NCBI GenBank assembly: GCA_965603825.1
Contig: CBFDEM010000033.1
Location: 124,001 to 188,000 of the forward strand
Source of the DNA: Blepharisma stoltei ATCC 30299
Lineage: Eukaryota > Protista > Ciliophora
Direction of reading: 5' to 3'
Length of the DNA stretch: 64,000 bases
The translations under genes and the position numbers were made by a program. The notes under the pieces are model-generated. The model ran no database searches. It saw nothing but the letters and a program-made list of their open reading frames with translations, and had not been told where the DNA came from. This document shows positions 47,570-59,146 of the stretch, piece after piece (positions within the stretch are counted from its first letter, which is position 1; each line of letters starts with the position of its first letter).

Positions 47570-48152
47570 TTTTAGTTATTTTGTCAACAAAAATAAGTAT
47601 ACATAATTATTCTGCGATAATTCGGTCAGTAATGGATTATTTCCATTAATCATGATAAAGGAAAATATTAGAATTCTCCTTTCTGAATCAGAATTGAAGA
47701 ATCTGTTTAAAATAGACCATTTCAGATTCTGAGATAAAACGGATAGATTCCAAAACGCTTTAAAATATGACAAGAAAGGACAGCAAATTATTAAGAAATG
47801 CATTTTTAAATGAAAAATTGTGCTGGAAAGCTACTTAAATAAGAAACTAATCTGAATAGTAAGCTTCTTGCATAGCAAATAAGTTATAAATATTCAGGAA
47901 AAGGAAGTCTTATAGATAAATTAAAATAAAGACTGGACTGTAAAAATATTTTCACAAATTCCTAAAAATCAATTAGTCAAGCTTAAACTTTTGGGGAAGG
48001 AATAAAAAGGTTGAATTAAAATCAAATTTAAATAAAAAGGACTGCTAAGCACATCATTCTTATATAATAAGCTCAGCAACTTGTTATAAAAGCCAACAAC
48101 TTATTATAAGAGTCAGTAACTAAAGTTTTATAATAAACCCATAAATTTTAAT

Positions 48153-51100
48153 ATGTATGTCTCTCATTTTACTCTCGAGGATTTCAATAGAAACAGTCAC
48201 ACTCCTTTTATAAAGGCACGACCCAATACAAACGTTCTTAATCACCTCTGCCAAGACATAATGCCCAAAGTTGAAATCACAAGACACATCGTTAATTCTG
48301 TGCGAAAAAGAGACAGAGCTTATCTTCCCACACATTTTCATGTCCAATGGGCAATGGAATGCATTGGCTTTGCTTTTTCACTCCCTATAGAGCACCATTC
48401 AATTATTTCGACTGCTATAGAAATTTATCGTGACTGACTTAGCATAGGAGAGGGAGAAAGACCTACCTGCATTGAAGAAGATGAAGGCTTTTATCAGAGA
48501 GAAATAATTGGTCATTTGTCGCTGCTATTTGTGGAAAGGCCAGGAGACACACATAAACATGTTGAGCTTTGTGTTGAAGTTTTGGTTTTACTTAGAGAAT
48601 TCATTAGAGTTAAGACAATAGAAGAAGATACTTGGAAATGTCTATTAAAAATTATGCTACTGCTAACCCACCCTCTACTTAAAAGTATCACAGCATTAGC
48701 ACAAGACTTGTGCCCACTGCTACTAAAAACTTTATTCGAAATCTGGCTGAGGTCTAATACAAGGGACAAAGATCTATGAAAAGAACTCCAAACCTGCTCA
48801 AGCTCCTGGCTCCATCACATCTGGCTTATTTTCCAATGAAAAGCTGTAGCCCACGGTCTCACCCAAAGAATCAACGCCATGCTATATGGCGAGGAGCCTC
48901 CAACCCTGCAGCTTCATTTCTTAAAAATGTCAAAACCCCACGATGAGCCTGCAGAAACTTTGCTTTTGCATTTTTCACTAGAACAAAGCTTGTATTTCTG
49001 GTACAGATTTTTGAATCTCATGCTTCTCAATACACGTGACAAAATCCCTTCAGATCCTGACGTCCATAAAGAGTTGGTAAGGTCCGTTGCTACAATAACA
49101 GACTCATTTTTAGAAATTGCTGAAAAAAGAATTATTGCTAAAGGCATGGTTATGCCAAATATAGTGACTGCGAGCGGCCCTGAAGCTTTAGCTGAATTGA
49201 CCAGAAAATTCCAAGACACTCATTTTCATTATCTGTGGGGACTGAGCAGGCTACCAATTCCAAGTGCGGATGGGCTGCTAAATATGTTTGGAGGCTGGCT
49301 GTTTTTCCATGCAAATGCTGAAGGTAGCTATAATGAATTTGGAAGAGCAGAAGCTGTTGGAGCACTTTGTAGGATTATGTGTAAAGCTGGAGGGCCAAAT
49401 AAAGATGAGTTTTTAGGGAAGTTTTATAGGACGATTTTTAAATGTATGGAAAGCTCGTCAAGCTCATTGGTGGTCATGTATATTTTAAAGCACTCGCCGA
49501 ACCTTTTGACATTAGATCATAGAGGGGTAAGGATTTTGCTGCATAAAGAAGCGCTTTCTAAAGCAATTATGAATAACTTGACTGATAATAATATAGCTCC
49601 TGCAGTAAAAAGACCATGCTATTACATTTTAGGGACATTTGTAGCAGTTGTACAATATTTTAACCAGCCTGCGCCAATAATACAGGTAACTAATATCCTA
49701 CAAAAAGCATTGGACCATGAAACTGACAGTGAAAATTTCCATAGACTGGTATGGACTATATGTGTATTTGCAGGAAGTATTCATTCTGATTCAGAGCTGC
49801 TGACTAATATTGTCGTCCAGCTTGTAAATAGATTGGAGACTATAGATTACATCCAAGAAAAAAAGATTTACCAAGACTTACTCGACACAATTTCAACCCT
49901 TCCTTTTCTAATCTGCTATAAACCCATTACAAGTGAAAATTTAGTTATCTGTATAATTGACAAAATCTGCTCCTACATTTCCAAAAAAATAGGCAAATCT
50001 TCTACCGAAGGCATCATAAGCAGCCTTTTATTTTCACTTTTGCATTGGCTTGTCTGCTTCCCTAATGCATTTATGGAGCCAACTATAAGACAAAACACTT
50101 TATCAGTAGCAATAAGTGCCCAAGCTTTAGACAGAGTCAAAGAAGTCGCTATATATGTTGAAGACTTCTTAATGAATAACTTAGGAAGAAGCCTCCCACC
50201 AATTGCATATACAAGTTTAGATGCTTTAGAAATATCTAGCAGCTTTTTAACATATAGCGAAGTCAAGCTGCCGAAAAGGCATTTTCTTTATAATGGACAA
50301 GTCCTTTTAACGCTTTATGACTCGTCACAAGATAACCCGCATCATGAAGAGGTATTAGTAATGATGAGGAATTCTATAGGCAGATATATATGAAAAGCAG
50401 GATTAGTTTATAAAGCAGAAAACAGTAATACTAGTAATACTGCCTGGAAAATGGATGTGTGCCAGTCAAGGCCGCCACCGCTTATTCCTGTCCCTGATGA
50501 AAGTTTGTCACAAAGCTTGTTTGAAGATTTCAGCGAGCAAGAAAAAAATTTGTTTAGAAATTTTCAAGAAATTATTAAAAAACAAGAAGAAACCACTAAG
50601 AAATATGAATCAAGTATACAGGTAGAATATAGCGCCCAAAGCTTAGCGATGAGCCCTAAAACGGTTGAAGATGTACCTAAATCTTATAGACTATTATTGG
50701 CGCAACTTGGCCTTTTCCAAACTGATCATATTTCTAGTTTGTTAGCACTTAATGGGGATGAAGTTGAAAAAATTATTTCTGAAATTGATAAAATTCCTGA
50801 TAAGGAATTAATTATATGCCCTATTTTGTATTTGAAAACTCCAGAATCTAAAGAATCAGATGCATTAAGCAATGTTGACTATTATTCTCAAAGTTTCCAG
50901 GACTTTTTGCCACAAATGGGTGTTTTATTAAAACAAAATCATACTCAATTTGAAGGTTTTAAGCAAGTTTCAAGATTTTTAAATAAATACGGTTCAGCTT
51001 TGTATACATCAGGGTATTATTACGAGCTTATAAGCTTAGTCCCTGCAATTATCCCTGATACTAGCTCTTTAACACTCCCAGACATTATTTCTCATGGACA

Positions 51101-51491
51101 AGTCGTGGTATTATGGAACCAAAGAGCAAATGACCCATACACTGCAAAAATTCCAAATTTGCTTGAATCTCATGGGATGAAAAGGAAAACAATAATAATC
51201 CTAACACCATTGAAAAATAGGCTTATCAAGGTCAATATATCACCAAATGAAACTCAACAAGGACCTTTATTAAATGATATGCTGGTACCTGAATATATGA
51301 TAGGGACGCTGCTTATAAGAACTATTATAAATATGCATGGCGTTTCTATGGTAAGAGTTTCATCAAGGGCAAGGAGGATAGAACAGTTAGAAGCATTAGC
51401 TGAGCTAGGGAGAAAAGCTGAAGTTACGAAAAATGGGAAACTCAGCTCAATTTTGTCACATGCATTTAGGCTTACAAAATGGGATCAATAA
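48153..51491 (+). CDS. RalGAP beta-like (non-catalytic Rap/Ral-GAP family), 1112 aa
   Basis: Four same-frame ORFs joined via TGA=Trp; VQWAMECIGFAFSLP, IY.D(W)L, HLSLLF, P.AD.LLNMFG.WLF, GRAEA.GALCRI; C-terminal RapGAP-like ILY..LSN..F.DFL..MG and GPL. Confidence 0.8.
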
Positions 51492-51590
51492 TATTAACAA
51501 TTAATTTATGAAATTAAGAGATTTTATATCATAATTAATTTGCTTACAGTTCAATATTTAATTAAGTAAGGTATGGGCTTAAAATATTAA

Positions 51591-51875
51591 CTATAATGTC
51601 TTTGACTGGGTTAAGAATTTTTCTGCCTTTTTAGCACGAATTGAATCAAATGAATTGAGAGCTGAATTGAGCTGCTGGTAAAGGTTTCTTAAATTGGCAT
51701 AATCACTTTCGATGATTCTCTTTTCTTTATCTGTTTCAACTGAGAGCAATATTCTTGGATTGATTGTGTCCTCAGTAGCCCTTCCAGCTAATTGAACCTC
51801 AAATCTCCAGTCGAATTCTTTTAAATTAGTCTTTAATGGGTCAATTGTTGAAGCTCTCTCATTTTGCTCTTCCAT
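51591..51875 (-). CDS. COMM-domain protein (COMMD2-like), COMM domain only, 94 aa
   Basis: LKEFDWRFEVQLAGR..PRILL..ESDYANL..L..QL..AL. Confidence 0.78.
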   Translation of the reverse strand: MEEQNERASTIDPLKTNLKEFDWRFEVQLAGRATEDTINPRILLSVETDKEKRIIESDYANLRNLYQQLNSALNSFDSIRAKKAEKFLTQSKTL

Positions 51876-51948
51876 TTTTAATATAAGGGAAAATTATATG
51901 AAAAGAAAATTATAACTATTTATGAAATTTCGATGTTATATATAAATA

Positions 51949-53697
51949 TTAGATTGATATTTGAGCAGCTGAAAGCCATACGCTGAATGCTCTGTGTGGA
52001 CTTCAATTTTTTAGTCTCTTTATTATCATTCTCTTTGCAAGCCACAATTTCTCAATTCCATGATGGAACCTTATTCTTTTCACAGAATTATTGAGATCAT
52101 CGTATTTCTCGCTTGTCGCTTGACTATTTAAAATCAATTGAGATGAAGTGCATTTACTTTTCTTTAACGCTCTCTTTGGTGACCGTGCTACTTGCTTTGG
52201 GGTTTGAGGTACAGAAGAAGACATTTTAACTGAAAGATCAACGAATTTTTGCTTTTTATTGAATTTTTTTCAATCTTTCAGAGACCTACTTTCCAATATT
52301 TTAATTCTTCATGTCTTTCATAAAAATATTTTTTTGAAAAATTGAATTGACTTGCCTTTTGAATTTAAAAATTTAATTGCCCGGATTTTAGTACTTTTAT
52401 AGTCATTCTGTCTAAGCTTTCTTAATTCTTGAGAAATTTCACCTTGAATGGAACTTGTAATTTCTTGAATTTTTGTTAATTGGACAAGCTCTGTAAATAT
52501 AGATCGTTTAAATTTGGAAATTGGCGTATCTAGAGTTTTGGTAAGGTTTTTTATTGGACAAATTAGAGCCTTCTTGAAAATAAAGAAACTTTCGTTGAGT
52601 TTTTTTTGAAATAGAGATTTTAGAGCAAATGATAAGCAGAGACTTTGACTATAATTCATTCTATATGTCCCGTTAATAAAGCCAATTGAGTTTGCATTGT
52701 GGGAGAATGAGCATATGCTGTCTTCTCTTTCAAAACTAATCCTACTTGCAGTAAAAGAATTTTTTCTTAAAGAAATTCTCTGCAAGTTATCAAAAGTCGA
52801 CCTTAAAGAACGAGAAAAGCAATTCTGCAAAATAATACAAAGTTTTATATAGGTTTTGTCAATGAATTTTCCTCTTGATTTTGCAAATGCTATAATTTGT
52901 TGAAAAATAGATTTTGACTCAGTTTTATATCTTCCATCAATGATTTTTTCACAAATTTTAAAAAATAGCTTGTTTCTCAAACTGACAGCTTTGGATGTAT
53001 AAATTTCATCATACCCCTCCCCTAAAGATTTTGATGACTTTTCTGTAATTATTTTGCTGAAATTTTCTTTTTCATAAAAATTGTTAATTTTCGGTGCTTT
53101 TATTGGCAAATTGCGAATTTTATCCTGTTGGGCTTTATTTAGCTCCTTTAAAACTGTTCTTTTTCCATCATAACTTTTAAGCTCTACCCAAAAATCTCTT
53201 AATATGCATTTATTCAATGCATAATATAAAACTTTGAAGTAATTTAAATTACTTGTAATATTGCTAGAGAAATTATCACAAGTCCTAATAAGCAGCACAA
53301 AATACCCTTTTTCCACTTCAAAGCGAGAATTAAGAGCAAATTTTTTAATTACATGCAGGATTCGGCAAATTTCATTTTTTTCATAAATATTTGAAAGCCA
53401 TTTCCCAAACATTTCTTTCAATTTTTCATATCTTATACATTCACTTTTTTCAAATAAAATCTGGCTAAACTTGTGCTCCTTTTCATAATCCCTATTCTTT
53501 TTTAATTTCTGAAGAACTGATTCTATTAAAAGTTCAGGCCTTATCAAATTTTTCCAAACAATTGAAGAAAGTTTAGAAAGCTCCACGTCTATCTCTAATT
53601 CCTTTAATAAATCTTCACATTTTGTCTTTTCCATCGGCCCTTGTTTTAGTATTTCTACACGACTATCATAAATTTTCAGCAATGTCCTTTTATCCAT
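51949..53697 (-). CDS. Hypothetical basic protein, 582 aa
   Basis: Track ORFs 52318-53697 and 52003-52224 join via TGA=Trp; TAA at 51949. Confidence 0.75.
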
Positions 53698-53742
53698 TTT
53701 AAATTAAATATGTTAACGAAAATGCTTTCATATGATTTTATA

Positions 53743-54732
53743 TTAAAATGAGCATCCTAAGCATTTTCCTAGAGAAGTCCTAACAAATTCTTCACAATCT
53801 GAGCAATAGATTGTGCTGCATTTTGGGCACTGTGAAACACTGCTTTTCTCACAACTTGTGCATTTTAAGGTCAAAACTGGGTTAAAAGGAGGTAAAGGTG
53901 TCAAAGAAAGCGCTGCCTTATTTAGATGAGGAGTACTGACCAATATAAAATTACAGACAGGGCACTGAATAGGCAATGTGCACACTTTGCATTTGCATAT
54001 TGGACAAATATATCCTTGATTGATTTTAAGATGGCATGCACAAGGTGTAGGGGTTGCTATTCAGTATGGAAAAGCCATAGGCACTAATGACTCATAAGAT
54101 GCAGGATTCCCTGTATATGCGATATTTTCCCATTCTTCTTTTAATTTTTCAGCTTTGTCAATTAATATAAATTTCCCACCAGTTCTTAAGGTAGCTTCTT
54201 TCATAGCAAAAACTTCTGGACATAGAGAAATTACAGTGATTTTTGCCAGTCTTTTTTGGGCTTTTTCTATTGTTTCTCATATATTTCCAGGGTCACAGGT
54301 ATTTAGGGAGCTCTGAATTATCAAAATTTCTGAGCTTCAATGCTCTCCTGTGCTTTCTAGCAAGTAAAGAGCCATTTCAAGCGAATTTTGTAAAGAAAAT
54401 TCCCCATCTGCGCTTAATTGTAATTGAGATACGTCAGGGATATGGAAAGCTTTCCCAGACTTGGCGATTATCATTTTTAGATTTGATAGAGGATTGTGTG
54501 AATAGAAATTTGAATAAAATTCTTCAGCGGTTTGGCTCATAAGTTTATGGCGATTTGGCTTGAAATCTTTTTTGGTAGCTGATTTTGAGTAGTCGAGGAT
54601 GAGAACAAGCCTTCTTAGAAGAGGCCTGAAATGAGGCTCAGTAGGCTCGACCTCTTTTTCTTCTTCCTCTGTTTTTTTAGTGATCGTTTCCCAAGTTCTT
54701 TGATAATCCTGAGTTCACGAGTAGCTTTCCAT
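53743..54732 (-). CDS. GTF2H2: TFIIH subunit p44/Ssl1, 329 aa
   Basis: YSW..DY.RTWE, R.LVLILD.S...KDFKPNR, NPLS.L, GE.SLQNSLE, TCDPGNI, CACH, Y.CP.C...VC.LP..CPVC...LVS.PHL, C-terminal RING-like domain. Confidence 0.94.
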
Positions 54733-54895
54733 AATTTAATTAGATATTACATTTTATTAAGATGATTTTTATTCATTTTATCTCTGAATTATTTACAATT
54801 TTAGCTTAATCTATGATAAATCCTACAATTAAGCAAATAATATTGTTATTTATATCTCATGTGCTGTTTAATTAATAAGGGGCCTATTCAATAAT

Positions 54896-56494
54896 ATGCT
54901 TATAAGAGATATCACAGCTAATCTTAATGAATCAAGGATTTTTCGCGGAGAAGTCTTAGAAATCGTCCAAATTCATGACACCCTGACTCGGTTTTTACTT
55001 TCGGATTCTTCAGATGACGTTATTTATTGTTTACTTGAAGGACTCTTTTGGGTCGACAAAATCCGGCTTATTATTGTCGGCGACAAATTGATCCTAGGCC
55101 CTTTCAAAGTTCTAAAAGTCCCAGAAAATTTCGAGTCCTTTTATGCCCCCAAAATAGAAGGAAAAATAGTTTCAGACTTTTATATCCACTATCAGCCTCA
55201 CGATTTACACTGCAAATTAGAGCTAGAAAGGGTCGATACTAATCCACTGTCAAAAATTCGCTTTAAAGACCTTCAAGAATGCAAAAATTTAGCCACAGCT
55301 TTATCGATATCCAGAGTAAATATTATTGGTGTAATTGTGGATTTTGTTATTGAAAGCAGACATGAAAAGGACAATTTATTTAAACTGAAACTTGTAGACC
55401 AGTCTTTAGAAGAAAGGGAGTTTATTCAAATAAATATTTTTTTGAATGATTTTTCATTAAAAATTTCGAACCTCGGAGATATTTTTGCTGGAAGCGGAAT
55501 TTCGTTTAGGACACTTAAAGGAAAAGCTATTGGGACGTATAATAAATTGTCAAAAGGATTTGGAATTTATAGTTGAAAAGACTGTAAATTGGCCTGTGTC
55601 CACAATGAAATAATGCAGAATGAAGAAATGGCTGAAAGAGTATATTGCATTCAGAACTGAGAGCTGGAAAAATTAAATAAAAGGGACTTAACAACTGGGG
55701 TTACCATTAGAAGTATTGGCCAAGCCAATTTGTATAAATACAGAGAAGTCGACATATTTTGCTATGTAATTAAAGTTCACCATAAATTCCCAGACATCCC
55801 ATTATCGACTATTCTAGTCTGCGACGAAACTGGATTTTTAGTCATGCAGACTTATTACTGCAACTTATTTAATGTAAAAGAAGAAGAATGAGTGAAGCTG
55901 CGAGAAGTCAAAATTGAAGGAAATTCCATTATTTATACCCATCATTCTTCTATTGTTCACGTCGCTGAGTGGTTTTTAAATATTCAGCAGCATATTGTAG
56001 GGTCGCCAAATGGTCTTAAAATGATAATAAATGAAGCTCAAGAATGGTATTGCAGCTATACAAATGAGGCCTCTTGTGAGATAAAAATTCTGGTAACGAC
56101 AAGCTCAATTACAGCAGCTCCATTATTAGATGAAGCTCAGCTAAGAGATCCTTTGAATACTGTTGAATTGTGTAGATTCAAAGCGCTGCTAATTGATATA
56201 CAGCCAAGAAATATTGGAGAAGGGATTGTTGAAAATGAAGGAAAAATTGAATTTTATGGGATTATGATAGTTTGGAGCTCAAATGAAATTTTGAGTGTCT
56301 CTATAAGCAGAGATGAGGCTGCTCAATTTTTTGAATTTGGTGAAAATAAAACTAAAGAAAAAATACTGGAAAAAATTAATGAAAAAATTAAGCTGCTTTT
56401 TAAAGGAAACAATTGGATGGAAATTGGGATACAGAGAAAGGTCAAAGGAGATGAAGTGAAGCTTAAGCTTGTAAAAACACAATGCATAGCTTAA
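54896..56494 (+). CDS. POT1/TEBP-alpha-like multi-OB-fold protein with extra N-terminal domain, 532 aa
   Basis: VNIIGVIVDF..KLKLVDQS..INIF..GDI (OB1-like), V..IQN(W), VDIFCYVIKVH..DETG..(W)VKLR (OB2-like); one frame with TGA=Trp. Confidence 0.75.
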
Positions 56495-56542
56495 ATGGTA
56501 TATTTATTAATAAAAAATTAAGCAGGTTCATTATTTAAATTA

Positions 56543-57937
56543 TTATAACGGAATGTTCTCTGTAAGCTGATATCTTTCTGTAAATAAATCAAGTAACCGC
56601 TGAGCAGAAGCATCTTCTACTTGAAGCAGCTTCATTGTCCTTCCAAATCAAGTCAATTGTGATACAATAATTACTTTATCCATTGAAGCCTCTTCTTTGA
56701 TTGATTCTTTATGCTTCGTATAATTTTCTATTTCTTGATTTATCGCTACATTTATAATTTTTTCCCAATTATATTCGTCCTGCCATAATGGATGTGAAAT
56801 GAGAAATTCATATAAAAATTTTTTTTCTCCATCATTTTCTGTATAGAGTATCTGTGTAAAATTAATGCAATCTTTTGCATAATGGAAATCTTGGGTTTCC
56901 ATCATTGAGCTGAAAGTGCATCACATTAAATCTCCTATAGTACTGAATGTTGGTTCTGGAATTCTGGCATTTTCTTGTGTGTGGATGCTTCCTAAAAGGG
57001 TTACTCAAACTTTTTTGCCTTCGTTATCCGAAATTGCTCATACAAATCTTGATCCTTCTTCTCGAGAAATGTCTTCACCTTTTCAGCATTTTTCAAGAAT
57101 AGTCCCCATAAGCTCATTTTTATTATTTTGTGCTATCATGCTTTGTCGAGGTGTAGGCGGAAGATAAGGCATAAATTTTACTGTTTCTATGCCTGTTACT
57201 GTAAGATTGTCATCTACGAATTTCTTTAAATCAGCTTGTGGATTAAAACTTTCCATAACCTACTTACAAAATACATTTGGTAAAGAATCCAATTCATATT
57301 GTGATGATCTCATAAACGAAATTTCAAAAATAACTATTTTCCTCAAAGAATCCTTCAGCATCCTAAGTCTCTCTTCCTCTTGCTGCTGGAACACAAACAG
57401 TACTTTTCTCATCCCCTCCACATAGGCTTTATTACAGTTATTCAGCATTTCAATTTCACTTTTGTAATTTTCCTCAAATTTCACAGCCAAATTTGCCTTA
57501 TTTTTTGCAGAAGTCTCTGATTCTTTTATTTCTTTAAAATACCTTTCTTTAGCCCTGTCATGTGATTTTATTGTTTTTTCTCTATCATTTATAAGCTTTT
57601 TCCCGGTTTCCAATTTTTCTTTGATTAGTAAATCTTGATGGGCTAATAATTGTTTTAAAGGCTGAGCTAGATCTGTTTGGAAATTTTCTGCCAAAATTTT
57701 GAGCTGAACTGCGCTTTGTTTGTATAGATTTTTGACTGAGGATAGGCAAGGGAGTAAAGTAGTGGTATCGTGATTGAAAAGATCATTTTTTAGAAGTTTT
57801 TTGAGACCTTTAGCGTAATTTTTGTCGAGTGAGGATTTATCGGTGATAAAACGAGCAAATTCGTCACATATTGATCTGGTTTCTGTCCAGTGGTCTCTGA
57901 CTTCTTTGAATTTATCCCAAAGATCAAGGTAGCTCAT
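56543..57937 (-). CDS. F-BAR (FCH) domain protein with helical C-terminal domain; 15-nt intron 57260-57274
   Basis: LWD.F..V, F.....LDKNYAK.L.KL, FQ..EEERL..LK..L; intron gtattttgtaagtag; HPLWQDE..W in C-terminal part. Confidence 0.85.
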
Positions 57938-58094
57938 AATAATATGATAATTTTTAAAATATGATCTAAAAGGAAAATTAAATGATGCATTTGTTTGAAA
58001 CTATCAATAAATCGCAAGCTTGCTTTAATGCAGAGTTATTTATTTAATACTGATCATTATATTTTACCTTATGACTCAATTTTTAAATATTATT

Positions 58095-59130
58095 TTAGAG
58101 CTCATGGCTCCAAAACTCTTCTGTGTAATTATCCTCACATTTTGTCGTGATATTTTCTTTCCCCATCTACATAGAACTTACGATATATTTTCTTAAGTCT
58201 TCATGGATCTTATACATAATATCGCAGTCGGTACATGTTTTCTTTTTACCATTAAAAGATATAGAAGAAATTGGCTGTATAGTTAATGTATCGTTGGCCA
58301 GGAAAGCTCCTTTCACCTAGTTAGTTTGTACTTTTTTATCAAAAATTTCATCAATTTTTATATCTTTTTCAATAGCAAACCTTGAAAAAATTTTCTTATT
58401 TGTGAATTACCATAATGCTGTCTCTTGTAACTGTTGTATCAATAGGAAATGGGGTGATTGCAGGATGAATAAACTTAGGAGTTATTAAAGCTCCATCATT
58501 TTCAACCAAAAAAATACTTGACTTTCATCCATCAAGTATGTTTTGGCCATAATAAAGCAAATAGTCAGGTCTCAGGCCGTGCTTTGGATACTCAAAACAA
58601 TTTACAAGGCTGATATCTATTGGTTGAGCAGGAATTGCAGGAAATAATGAAAATGTGAGATCTCCACATGAGTAAGTGTTTTGCTTTTCTTTAATCCAAA
58701 GCCCTGCTCTAATTATTGACTCTTCTTTTGAATTCAAATTGTCTTTAAATGATTTTAAGCTTTCAAAAATTAAGCTTTCAGAGATTTTCTAAATAAATTT
58801 CACTTTAAATCCATTTTGACGCAGAATTTCATTCAATCTTTCAATATGAGGATAAGGTCGAAAGCTAAGGATTTTATTTCCAGATTTAAATATCCTGAAG
58901 TCAATATAATCATATTTAAGCAAATCATTTATTTCAATTTCATCTAGTTTTACTGGGGAAATTCAATTATGTCTTCCAAAATGCTGATAAGTAAAATTAA
59001 GGCTTTTTCCATTTCCAATTGGTTGAAATGAGCGTTGGATTGGTTGCTTTGCGAAAAGCATATTATATAGCACTTTATTTGCAGCAATGACTGTACCTCC
59101 AATAATTAGAGCATTAGTTATCAATCCCAT
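58095..59130 (-). CDS. Divergent class-IV PLP aminotransferase (BCAT-like), 324 aa, four tiny introns (58789-58803, 58395-58410, 58317-58331, 58167-58181)
   Basis: SFRPYPHIERLN, IFLV..G.LITP, VTRDSIM, KGAFL....IQPISSI.F.G; introns gtgaaatttatttag, gtaattcacaaataag (16 nt), gtacaaactaactag, gtaagttctatgtag. Confidence 0.8.
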
Positions 59131-59146
59131 TTATTCAATTGTATTT

